Below, piece by piece: positions 1 to 12,546 of a DNA stretch of 64,000 nucleotides. Each line of letters opens with the position of its first letter. Within the stretch, counting starts at the first letter, position 1. The notes below the pieces were generated by a model. That model was not told the DNA's origin and ran no database searches. It saw only the letters and a list, made by a program, of their open reading frames with translations. A program made the position numbers and the translations under genes. The stretch is taken from positions 4,544,093 to 4,608,092 of the forward strand of contig CM082587.2 of NCBI GenBank assembly GCA_040954595.2, written 5' to 3'. The stretch comes from Balanoglossus misakiensis (taxonomy: Eukaryota; Animalia; Hemichordata).

Positions 1-2759
1 AGACATCTCGCTGAAAAGGGTGTACGAACAGAACATTTTATATAGGCTCATCTAAAGAAAGCTAGGCAAAACAGAATCATTAACTTAAATGTTACCTTTG
101 TCCGTACATCTGCCACATAGCCGACTGCATGGCCAGGCAGGTGCACATCAAGTCCGGCATGTTGTGGAGTAAATTCATGGCATCGCTTCCAAGGAAGTAG
201 GAGAACATGCTAGAACGAAGCAACGGAATGGAGAAAATGTCATGCTTTTCCTATAAAATGGCAAAATTCTTTACATTAGAGTGGACCCTAATAGTTAGTA
301 ATACATGAGCATGTATTGTAAATGCAATAGAGGCTTCAGTGTATACTCAAAGATGATTCCCAAAGATAGAGAACATTATTCATTCATCGCCATCTTACCT
401 GGCAGGGTCAGCCCCGGCATGACACTTCTGTTTTGTATAATTCTGTATTCCCAGTGATGCCAAGTACTGCAGAAAGTAATATGAGAATTATTCAAATCAT
501 TCACAGACTATTGCACTATAAAGCATCTTCCATACCACTTATGTGCCTCAGAAACAGATTTTCAGAAAAATGATTCAGATGAGACTTACAGGGAGGTTCA
601 GTTCCCTTGCCCTGGTGACAGATCTGTCCAGGAGATAACCCAGATCTTCGCCTTTCTCTTGTTGAAGACGACACAGCCAGCCCTGAAATTTGCATGAAAA
701 CAACGGATTAGTGGGCCTTGATGGAAATGGCCGAAACTGAACACAGCAACGATCTACAAAACGATTATTATTTACCGATGCGTGTTGCAAGCAGACGCTG
801 TCGTTGGCTCCCTGTGCCATTGTGATGGCTTCTTTCAAAGCAGCCATGGCTTCTTCCCTGAGGAAAAATGAAAATCGGAGTATTGAATGCTCATGGATTA
901 AGCACCCTGGGTGTGATGGAAGTCTGACATTTGTATTATAAAGCTGGCTCTATTATGGACTAAAATTGCATACTCACACGTGTCCAAATCGGCAGTGCAC
1001 GCTGGCTAAATTGAGAGCAGCGTAGCGGAAACTGTGTCCGACCGTCACAGCGTTACCGTTGTCGGTGTAGGCGTGCTTGTCCGAGTAGCGGTACAGTTCA
1101 TGGATTGTGTTGCAGAACTCACTGATGCGCAGGTTGTTCAGGTAGCTCAGATAATGCTGTCGTGGGTGGAAAAAGTGAAAAAAAAAATCATTTTTTGAAC
1201 AGAAATATTTTCTTGTATGCGTGTATACTAGAGATATTTGAAATATGGTGCAAGTGTGGTTATCAGACCATGAAAGCAGTGACATATGAATAGACTGGTT
1301 ACCCTGTACTGCACCTCAGGTCGCATGATTTGGTGCAGCAGCCAGCAAAGAAAGGAATTAAGTGTTGGTTGGTGTGAACTTACTGCCTCAGCTAAGCCAG
1401 GATTTCCTTTCAACAACTCCGCTATCTGGTTCTGCATGTCTTTGGGTGACAGGGCTTGGTTCTCATGGGTCTGCAACATTCCTGCCTGTGTCGACGAACA
1501 ACGTGGACATCAATTTTGAAAGCGCAAAATTGCATGAAAAAATCACTGTGAAATCCAGAATGCTATAACTACTTTGTTTGTAATGTTTAGTCATTCCCTT
1601 ACCTGATGAGCGATGAAGTACTCTGCCTGTTTCTGTGAAAATATTCCTCCTGATAGAAAATTTGAACTTCTGACAGAAGATAAAAACAGTGAGTTTCCCA
1701 GGTTAATGCATTTTCTCACTAAATCTTGTCACAGATATAGAAAACAAAAAGTCACCTTTTCTTGGTAGGAAGTGTGAAGGTGGAATTAAACAGATCTGGA
1801 CAGACTGCCAACGCACCTCGTATGATGTGGTTCATCCTTCTCTGCGATTAGGTCTTCTGTGGTCAATTTACTGTCATCCGCCTCGCCTTCCTCCACCACC
1901 TCGCTGAAATCTCGGTGTTGTTGGCAGTACTGTCTCACCAGTTTGTACAGATTTGAGATCTGACTGAAAGACAACTTGTCGAAGCCGAGGATCATTCTTC
2001 GGACAAATATACCTTTGAGCAGAGAGAACAAAAGCACGGGTGCTAGTTTCAAGTAACACTGTTACTATGGTAACACTAGACTATACAGCTCTATAATACT
2101 TTACCCTTTACCAAAGAGATTACTTCTTACCTATAATGCTACTTCTGTGTATAACTGGTTCTCCATCGATGCTCTCCAATAATTTATCCAGGGACTGAAA
2201 AAAGTCCATTAGAGCTGACAAACCATTGGAATGGACTTCCTCAAGTCTGAGTTTATGATTCTTCTGGATGTCTCCAGATATCTCCTCCAGCTCTGGCAAA
2301 AGCTCTTTCAGTTCCAAGTCTGGACTCTGATGGATTGGTCATTTTAATTTAAAATAAATGTATGTACTGATGAAATGCTATTGCTATATGCAGATAGTGG
2401 CAAGTTGTCAGGTCAAATATTATAAAAGATTATGAATTGATTTCATCTGCAACTTAATGATATCCTTGCTTTAGTAGCCCCCCCCCCCCCACCCCTTTCT
2501 GGCTTCAGGGCCATGAAGCACCTGCTGCTATAATAATATGCAAATTATACTCTGCGGCTTTGACCAATGAAATTCCGTTTCTTTACTGTACCTGAATCCA
2601 TTTCAGCATGGCGTAGGCGAACTTCCTCTGGACCAGGACACCGTGTTTTCCAGCATCCCCGCTTTCACTGTCAACGTAAGCTTTCAGTAACATTAGCAGC
2701 GATATCTTATGTGGGGTTACCCATTCTCTGGGTTTATTACCGAGCAAAAGCTCGGCCAT
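1..2759 (-). CDS. ANAPC5: Anaphase-promoting complex subunit 5 (partial; 3' exons lie beyond the window start)
   Basis: ATG at 2759 (MAELLLGNKPREWVTPHKISLL). GT-AG exons at about 2592-2759, 2131-2326, 1817-2012, 1603-1669, 1384-1485 and 978-1156, with further exons down to about 96. Translations contain APC5-typical segments VTPHKI, G.FVRRMILGFDKLSFSQ, FSQKQAEYFI, HYLSYLNNLR and FRYAALNLA. Confidence 0.93.
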
Positions 2760-5336
2760 TTTGAGCGACAAAACCACTGGTCCAGAGCCTCGTTCTCGTG
2801 TAGGATTTCGACTGAGGCGGATGGGTCTAAGAACTGTTCGAGGTAAGTGATACCTGTACAGATATTACAGACATTGGTGGCTTTATGTATCGTGCAAGAC
2901 ACAGCTGATTTCAAGTTCGCGGGCGTGGAAGCGCCCCCGACGGCGGATGATGTGAACCAAGCGCCATTTTGTCGGCAACAGCGCCCCCAATGGCCAAATA
3001 ATCTTTTCCTAGAGAGCAAGAAGAGAGAGAGAGAGAGGAAGAAAGAGAAGGGTGAGGGAGAGAGACCCACACACACCTCACCAGTGATGTAACAATTCAT
3101 TCCACACACACACACACACACACAAAATAGTCCAACAGGCTACAGTTCTTTTGAATGTTCTTGGAAATTTAATAATTACAAATTTTTTAGTTGCATTTTG
3201 TTGTGTCAGTACATATCAACTGTATCCATAATAACAAGTCTCTTTGCCCTCATTAGCCTGAGATAGTGGTGTCATCTGTACAATAATAATATTATGGCCA
3301 AGTGAACTGCTAAAAAATACTGTTGTTCATTTTCTCTTCAACAACATGGCAGGCTGTGACAGCATTATCTTAAAACTTACATGTCATATTTAAGCATTCT
3401 TATAAAAAACGACGCTGGCAAAATATTTCACTTTGAGTATGAATAGCTTTGGAAATTTTCGTCTACAAAATTGACTTCAAGAATAATGTCCTTGGATAAA
3501 TTCCCTTGACACCTCCCTATTTAAAAGAAACGGTTTAGCCCAGATTAGTTTCAAAAATTCGTGCTTTTGTGACAAACTTTTCTTCTTTGTGGCAAACTCT
3601 GAGGCAACATTAACAAGCAGCTAAAACAAAACAAAAATTAACAAGATATATAAATATATCTCCACAATAAATAGCACATAAATACTGAAAAAGCCACCAA
3701 AAATGGCACTAATAACCGGTCTTGGAAAATGCAGGGCAAAAGTATTTCCAAGGGGGATTATAAAAAAAAGCACCGGTATTACTTTCTCAGAGAACATGAA
3801 ATAAACACTTGAAGGCAAATTTACAGTGTTGGAAGACACCACGATAACGATATTGACAATGGGAGAAATTCTCACCCTTCCTCAAACCTACCATCTACTT
3901 TCTGAAAATAAAATATATTCATAGCAATCTCATTCCACTGTCAAGACCACGACACCCCGATAGAAATTATGGTGGGAGAAAAAGTCTCTCCTTCCTTTAC
4001 ATGTATGTAGTATTTTTTATCTTTCAAAATTCATAGAACACACACACAAATATTTACAGCTGACAAAACGAGTTGTTTTTCCCCAGTAAAAAGTTCAAAC
4101 ACAGAAAAAAAAATTACAATGGCAGAAGAACAAAGCATGGCAGTGAACTTGCAAAAAAAAGCTGATGCTGTGGCTCCCATTTTTCCGAGTACTTGATACG
4201 TTCCTAGTTGCCTTTTAATGTGGGTTTGTCCAAGAGAGTTCAGAGAAAAAGGGGTGTGTGCAGTGATGTCTGATATTTTAAGGTCTGGCTACTTAGTCAT
4301 GAGAATCGATTGCATAGTTCAGCGATTTCACAGAGAAAAATCCAAAGCAGATACAAACCATGGAGTTTTGTCCTGTGATAACTACACTTAACCTACCATA
4401 ACTATCCCTAACTAGCAATGTACTGGTAAAGAAGACCACCACCCTTAATGATAATGTGCCAGAATTTCGTTTTGTGCGCCACTATTCCGTGACTGTAAAT
4501 GCCATCACTAATTCACCTAACGTCAACTAACACCCCCACTAACACTACTGTCATAGCAACTATTAAAGTACGAAAACTGCAGATTCTGTCGCTATAGGAA
4601 CAGCACAGAGGCTATATACAATTCATAAATGTTGTCGAAATGCAAAATTTAGTTTCATAGCTGCCATGTTATTTGATAGGACTGGACTTTTCTCATCTTG
4701 TCAGTAGTTCAATATAATCTTGTCCATTTTCTTTGTTTTTTTTCAAAGATTTGCCACATCATATTTCACATCATTTTCTTGTATATACCAGAGTGAGATG
4801 AGAGTCCCACACTAACAACAGCAGTTATGAGCTTCTCTGCTATTTAGTGACTCTAAAGTCTTCAGAGCTGCCAATGTCAAATACAGAAGGTCAAGCTCAC
4901 AGAAAATATTGGGACACACACAAGTCCATAGTTACACAACTGTTCAGTTGGATTGACAGAGTTTGACAGTGTCATTCCATTCCATAAAAAGAGGGTTTGA
5001 GTTGCTGACGTTCATGCACTCTGACAGAACATCACATGCTCAAAGTCTTCTGTCGTTCCTCTGCCTGTGTTGACAAGTCTGGGAGAAAAATCTTGGACAA
5101 ACTGCACAGCGATATTTGAACATCAATGTCTTGTAATACACTGTGATTTCAGCCTCTTAGAGCTGTCAGTCTGAATTCTGTACTGAGCTTCTCTTTGCAC
5201 ACACGTCTTCTCTGGGACCAGGATTGTTTGCTTTTTGACACAGAAGGATAAAAAATGTCGCACTCGTGTCGTTACCATGGTTATTTCCAGTTATTATAGT
5301 GAGGACGTCACTTTGATGATAGCTTGCCCTGGTTCA

Positions 5337-8300
5337 TCACTCAAAAGACATCAAGTTGGCGGGAGTCTAAGAAAAGGAAAGAAATGAAAATATAATATTG
5401 TACTGAATTTATTTTTGTGTTCTTGGTGTAAAAACTGAAGTTTTTCTGTCCCTCAATGTCTGTGGTAACTGTGGTGGTGGAACAACCATTGACAAGTCAA
5501 TCACATTTATAATTCACAGCAATAAACACTCACCTTTGGGCCAATATTTGCTTTACTCGCATCGTTCAACAGTTTAAACCACTGGTTGGCTTTCACCTGG
5601 CTCCCTGCCTTAAATCTGTACACATTACCTGTTGAATACGATACAGAAAAAAAATCAAGAAACTTTTCTCAAATTTTCTGAAATAGAAACTTACATGTAA
5701 ATTTGTTTTCGAAATACTACTATATTAAAAAGTCACAATTTACCTTTTGAAGGATCTGTCATCTGAAAGATGTCATTGTGATGAATGTCTTCTGTTATCA
5801 CTACCATCCACTCAACTATGGAGACTATTTTACACGCCGACGACTTGAAATCGTTTCTTTCTTGCCCCCGCAAATGCTTGGCCGCGTAGAACACCAGGTT
5901 CGTTCCCCAGAGTCCGACCCAAAACCTTGTCCATGCTGAAAACTGGGCAAGTGGAAAGAAAAGGTCAGAGGTTACAGTGACAATACGAAGAAATGCATGA
6001 TGGGATGGGAGCATGGCGACCAGGGAATGTGATGATGCGATTAGCGATTATTCACTTACTGATGGCTTCTTTCCGTTTTTCAGCATGGTTTTCCTTTTAA
6101 GACAGCCTGCAATCAACATCAAAACAATGGTTTTTAGTTTAGACAGAAATGCAAAACTAAATTGTGTCTGCTTTCATACGATGTACAAAACGTTGTACTA
6201 ATTGTGGCCACTGCACAAATTATTTTTTGGGGAAAAATCTTACCTTGCATGGAGAAGGAAGAATCTGACAGATCAGTATAAATAACTTCATCACTTGATA
6301 TGGAAGAACTGCAAAATTAATAAAAGAAAACAAATCTTTTATGCGAGGATAAAATGACTCCTTGACAAGAGTGTGCTAGTCAAAAGAGGATGTACAAATG
6401 TATTTTCTGTCTGCTTATCTCAACATAAAGCATAAAATCAACAATCTCTGAATGGATCTTGACCTACCAGTCAATTGGCCTCATTAGCATAGTATCTTGG
6501 TCATCACTGATGGTCGATACGGACCCATCGCTGCTTCCCCTGGACTGACCATTGATGGACATTTCTAGAGGGGTACCGGTATTTATTATTTGGAAATCTT
6601 CGAGTAGGCTGTCGTCTAGCAAATGTCTTGAACCGTTGCTTGTAGTCGTTGACGACGATGGCAAACTACAATGAGATTTAAAAAGAGCATAATTCAGTTG
6701 TTGCTGTGGTACCGGTACGGCATCAGCCCATGTCTGCAGGGTTTGTAGGTCTGCAGGCGTTTCCATTGTTTGCTCTAAACTCATTAAAAATTTGAACTCA
6801 CCTGAAAGATTCTGTGGGGATTGAGTGACAGAGAAAACTGAAAACAAAGGGAAGAGGAAGAAAATTGATATTTATTGGGACTGCCTTGTGACATGATTGG
6901 AAACGCACACTAAGTTATAGCATACCAGTTGAATGGTGAGCTAGCTGAACACTTACTTGGTACCCAAGCTCCTTGTTTTTCTGTGACCGGGTATAAACCT
7001 TGGAGCTGACGGTGTCGAGGGTGTGGCTTTCCCTGCAACACGAGGTGATCCAGGCGACTCTGTATAGATAGGTGGAAAGTAAATCATCATTTTGCATTAT
7101 ATTAGCACAGGCAAATGCCCTATAGTTTAATACTCTTATGATAGATGGAGGGTCAAAGGTGTATATAGTAAGGTTTTATGTTGTGAAAGGGAGTTGAGAA
7201 ATAAAATAGATCAGTTTACCTGAGAGATCATCCTTTGATCGACACTCATAGTCATCGGGGGCAGTATCTGCTGGCTCAATTTTTAGAGACAAGCTGTGAA
7301 GAAATATCAGACATCACATTAGAGAAACACAAAATAATTTTTGGGAAATTGTTCAAAGAATGAAATTCTGCTCTCTATATTCATGAACCATGACCTCAAC
7401 CACCGAGCCCACATTCATGGACCATAGCCGTGGTTCTTGACGATGAAATGTCAGGTCTAGTATGCATGGTGCTGAAGAGATTGAAACTCACTTGTAGTTG
7501 TCTTCTTCGACAAATTTTTGTAACTCCTCAATATATCTGACTGATTTGAGATAATTTTGTACGTGGCATAGCGTTGGCAAGTGTTCGTACGATGACTGTT
7601 GAAATTCAGCAATAATTCTGCAAATGTTGTTCATCTGGGGGAAAAATATTGTAAAATTCACTCTCTTATTGCAAGCGTCCTCAAAACTTGACTACACATA
7701 CATACACACATCATCATTGTATAAAAAAAATAGATTTGGAGATTCTTGTACTGCTCAAAGGTCGAGAGAGGATGCATAGTGACACACTTTCACTGACCAT
7801 ACCAAAGTAACGTTATGAAGCGTACAGTTCATGATTGAAATAATCAACACATGAGGGCACTCTCCACAATCAACATTACAGAATGATCAGGAGAAGTCAG
7901 AGAGACAGCGATGAGTTATAGAATCTAGAAGTGTGTTGAATTGCTTTACCTGTAATAACCTCTGCTCACTCTCCAAACCCCCTGAATGTGGATGAGCAAC
8001 ATCTATGTAAATCAAGTCTTGTAAATACATGCCTGCAAATGACACAAGAATGAACATACGTGTTAGAACCTTTCATGTTAACCCTTTGAACACTGACCCT
8101 CACGGAGACCTATGATGTCTGACTTACCTAAATAAGGTATACATGGAAGCCTCACGGTATTCATGTGTTCACGTAATTTCTCTCGGTTATTGTCTTCCGA
8201 CATCACCTCGGCTAATTTCTCAAAGGTCTGTCTTTCTTTCCTGTGTAAAAGCTGAGAGAAATGATACACTACTTTAGAATGCAAAGTAATGTAATGTCTG

Positions 8301-11300
8301 TAGTGTAGTGTAGTGTAGTGTAGTGTAGTGTAGTGTAGTGTAGTGTAGTGTAGTGTAGTGTAAGATATTGTGATGTATATGTCAATTATTTCTTGCTGTC
8401 CAATATGAAACTTCTTTTGAGTAAAATGTAATCTGAAATACCCTGTATCTGCCACAATGACACCTACTAAGACTCTACGGTTCTGTGTGTCTCACTAGTT
8501 ATTGAAAGACCCCACACGGCTTGCAAATTTCCCCCCAGGGGGCAAATTATCGGTGGATCTCAGTATTTTAATACATGTACTTATAACCCATAATCCGCAG
8601 TAATGGAAAATAATGATGTTGTACTCACTCCCCAGGTCTTGATGAGCCGGAAGATCGGCGCACTCTGGAGGGCCGAGACCACCGCCATCAGCGCATGGTA
8701 ATTGTTCAGCTCAAAGAGTTTCTTGGCGATCTTCACGAAGTGTCCGAGCACCTCTGCCCGGATCTTCAGTGTCTGCGCCGTGAGGATTTCTTTGACCACC
8801 CAGAAGCTCACCTGGAGATAAACACAAAGATTGACAAAATGATTTCACCCAGGGCCAGGACGGAAACTTATCAATGGCACGTAAATATGATTATACAAAT
8901 CAATGACACATGAAATCGGCTCGCGAGATGAGCACGTTGTATACTCACATGGTTGAATCTTCTTGTAAAGGCCACGATATTCGGCGCCAGCTTGTGTTTA
9001 TCTTTACTGGACCAGGCGCAGCTTGTGAGCTCCTGAAAATACACGGTATAATTCACCCTCAGATAAATACCCAGCTGAATTATTCATCCCAAAATTACAA
9101 GACTACAAAATTGATCCCTATCAGGATTGGCATCGGTTTGTAAGATTCATCGATGTGAATCGATATACCTTTCATGCCACATTAAATCTTCTGATGCCCT
9201 AAACTGTGACAGGCACGTTTTCTGAAGACGTAGAACTTTGTTCAATATTACAGAAAAATTAACATCTCTGAACTTTTCCCAAAAGTTGTTTGGCTTTAGC
9301 CTCTGGTGCAGAACACTCTACATTCTCAGAACTGAGTCACGCCATTAAATTGAAAAATCAAAAGGGATAAAATCTGAGTCAGTGTGCTTCCCTCTGAGCA
9401 CACTGCGATGCTCTTTGTCGGAAGATTTTCAGTCACTTTCTCTCAGGGTGTTTCTTTCACTTGAGTGCACACTGATTTGCTTCGCGAAAAAATCCCCACG
9501 AATTCACTGCACACTGAATTCGCCGAGAACTCCCTCGCATACATGTACAGTATTTTGAGAAGGCACCCCCGAAATTGAATCAAGTCGGCAGTTTTACATC
9601 TTAGAAACAGCCGACTAAAATATCCAGTTCTTCCTTATGATTCAAATGCACACGGTAAAAAAATATAACTCTAACGCGATTATAAAACCTCACTTGCATG
9701 GAGAGATTATTCAACCTGACAAAAAGGATTACCAGTCTTACTGGTTTGTTTATTTCACACTTTCTCATAAACCCCACAGATTTGAATTGATAATACTCTG
9801 TAAGTCTCCTAAGCAGTGGGCCGTGTTAATGTGTTCCCTGGGGGTGCCTTGTTACCTCTAAGGACAAAACTGAGTGCAGGTAAGATTTGCAGCGGCAAGG
9901 GGAGAATTTTTTTCCATAAAGGTAGTCGGCAAATAGAAATGATCGAGAACGCATTTTGACAGCAGTTTTGCATTCGAGAGACGATTTTCGGATAATTTTT
10001 TTTGTAGTATACATTGTACATGCATGCGCAAATACATAAGACTCGGACATTGAATAATAGTGAGATTTTTTATTCTTTTTATACGGGAACCACCTGGATA
10101 TGAATTGTCAAACCTACCTCTGGTCGTATGGCCTTGAAGACGGGAATATCCGCGAGTGATATCTGGCTCTGAAATCAATAATCGACACTTTATCCGTTAT
10201 CCACGCTCACTGAATGACACATCTGTAGTGACAGAAGAGTAAGGCCTTTCTAAACACCGACTGACGCCTGCCTAGATGAAACTCTCAAAGCAAGTCAATA
10301 CTGTTTCTGGTTGACGAAGCATAAACTGAGTCAGACCTTCACATTACCTGAAGTTGAAGTGCTTTTTGCGCATCAGGGAATGATCAGATACTACTTATTT
10401 TCAAATTAGTAAGGCCATGGTGCACATCACGGTAAATGAAATCTTTTATGTTATTTTTATTAAACTTGGGAAAGGTAACGCCTAGCCCAAAAAGAAAAAC
10501 AAATCTGTACAGGGTGCTTTAACCTGTTATCACAATCATGACAGTACAACCCAATTGTTTGCATGATTTCGGCCATTTTGGGTCAAAGGTCAAATTAAAA
10601 GAAAATGCGATGTTTCAGTGTGTAAATGGGGTAGGTGAACTTACAGCAAAGTCATCTGGGGTAACTCTGAGCATATCAAACACGACGGCATCGTAACTCT
10701 TCATTCTGGGCAGTGTCCATCGACTGTCCAGGGAATCCTGGCTGCCATGATCCTGTAGAACAAAAAAAAAAATACTGTGGTGGTATAATTGTAATCAATA
10801 AAATTACTGCCAGTAATATTTTTGATCTAATGATCTAATGTTTGGCCGTTACTTTTTAAGTTTTGAAATGAAATAATGAACTTGAAAATCAAAGTCATTC
10901 CATAAAGATTACTGGAAGATCAATACATGTTCAGCTCTTCTCAGAATGTTTGGGGGAAATGAAAACGTCTCCATCCAGCCGAAATACACGGTCCGTCACT
11001 CTGCGCATATGTTACATTTGTACCACACACACACTGTACGTCACACGAACACCATAATTCATGTAACGATTTGTCGGAGTGGTTACGCACAGCCAGTAAA
11101 GGTGAATTCCATTTTTATCCCTCGGATAATAAGCCCACACATCGTGGTAGCTTAGCAGCTACAGCAAAGTGATGGGTTTGACACCACCAAGTCTGGTATT
11201 CTCGAGCGCAGAGACATAAATGTGTCAGTCCATTGTGTGAAGCCACACAACACGATCATGTACGTGCGATTCCCCCGTGTGCCTTGAAAGCATCAGAACA

Positions 11301-12546
11301 ATCACCCGTACCTTGAAATTTCCTGCGTTCGCTTGGGAAATGATCAGGCAAGACATTTTGCAGTTGGTACACAGCCAAACTACGGGTAAATTCCTAAGAG
11401 ATGATGGCTGTTTTTTTTTGTCGTTCTCTCACTCCAATAGTGGTGTGCCGAACAAAAGCACCAGTCCAGCTTGAAAATGGGCCACAATCAGCTGCCTTTT
11501 GTTGAAACTGTTCATTACCACCAACAACTGTTTACATATCTACTTAATAATAGGGTTCATATCACGTTTGTATACAATTATACAAGTTGCCCCTACAAGA
11601 CTTCACACAATTCTGCAATCCTGTTTACAAGTTAACTGAGGATATAGCCGATGGCCTTGTTAGAAATATTTCGCAGTTATCTGCCATAAGTTAAATTTTT
11701 ATCAGAAAAAAATTCAGGATGACCTTCAGAAAGGTGTTATCTTTCTCTGAAAGGCCATAAAAGGGTCAATCAATGCATTATATTCAGTGCTAAAGTTCAC
11801 TCAAAATCAAATATGAAAATTGTTTGTTTTTTTCAGGTCAAAGTTTTTCGGGTGCGTCATTCACAATCAAGAGATACTGCACTGAGTGAAAATTGACAAG
11901 TAGGTGATTATTGATGTGTGGTTTAGTTTTTATAATTTCTTACATCATTGTCCACTAGCCATGTTCTGAATAGAACATCACCGTTCTATTACTGTCAGTA
12001 AGGACTGATTTTCTGGTCCCAGAGGTGTCCCTATCCTAGACAGGTTTCACTGTATACACATTAGAGCAAGTCAGCCGTGCGTAAATCTACATTCACATCT
12101 CAATGAGGGAAAGCATGTGGGCTGAGTAAAAATGCGTGGGCACGCTTTGAAATTGTCAGGACAAGGACACAGATGCACTGAAAGATAGATTTAATAATAA
12201 TACAATGAAATGTTTCCGGTTGTGATGTTGTGGAGCGTAAACTGGAAATTATTGCGTTGTATGACAGCCACACTCATTTATGACCTGATCGATCAACAGC
12301 TGAATATCCGTAAGTGTCGGCAAAGCGGAGGAGAGATGAGATTGCTTACAGGGAAAGTATCTGATGGACTGCCACACTGCATTAGCGACCATCTTCAACT
12401 GACAGCCGACAACAACTACACACAGAAGACACGACAACCGAGAACAACCAAACACTCACCTCTGTCACCACCATCTTGGGCGTTGTTGGTCGAACGTCGT
12501 CATCTTCTGATCTCTCATGTCTGAGTGGCTTATGAGGCTGATTCAT
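5337..12546 (-). CDS. RALGPS1: Ral-specific guanine nucleotide exchange factor RalGPS (RasGEF/CDC25 domain plus C-terminal PH domain)
   Basis: Exons include 12460-12551, 10645-10752 ([19 protein letters not shown]), 10118-10168 ([17 protein letters not shown]), about 8949-9032 ([14 protein letters not shown]), 8629-8811 ([22 protein letters not shown]), 8128-8251 (PCIPYLG), PH-domain exons near 6060-6106 ([15 protein letters not shown]) and 5744-5943, and a last exon TPANLMSFE* with stop at 5337. Likely pro-orthologue of RALGPS1/2. The start is uncertain because of alternative first exons. Confidence 0.93.
8301..8360. repeat. (TAGTG)12 pentanucleotide microsatellite in a RALGPS intron
   Basis: Perfect tandem TAGTG array read directly. 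Confidence 0.95.
12013..12054 (-). mobile_element. Single terminal fragment of a Tc1/mariner(pogo)-like non-autonomous element
   Basis: Ends in GACAGGTTTCACTG-TA (reverse TA-CAGTGAAACCTGTC), a CAGT-type TIR next to TA. No partner TIR was found. Confidence 0.35.

Noticed and set aside
1756-1795. Possible extra ANAPC5 micro-exon
   Set aside because: It would leave an intron of about 20 nt and break the frame; the direct 1817-1669 splice keeps phase.
2061-2074. X-box-like GTTACTATGGTAAC in an ANAPC5 intron
   Set aside because: Isolated, similar words recur across the window, and there is no ciliary context.
8078-8455. ORF with (YTTLH)n repeats
   Set aside because: Translation of an intronic (TAGTG)n microsatellite running into a real RALGPS exon.
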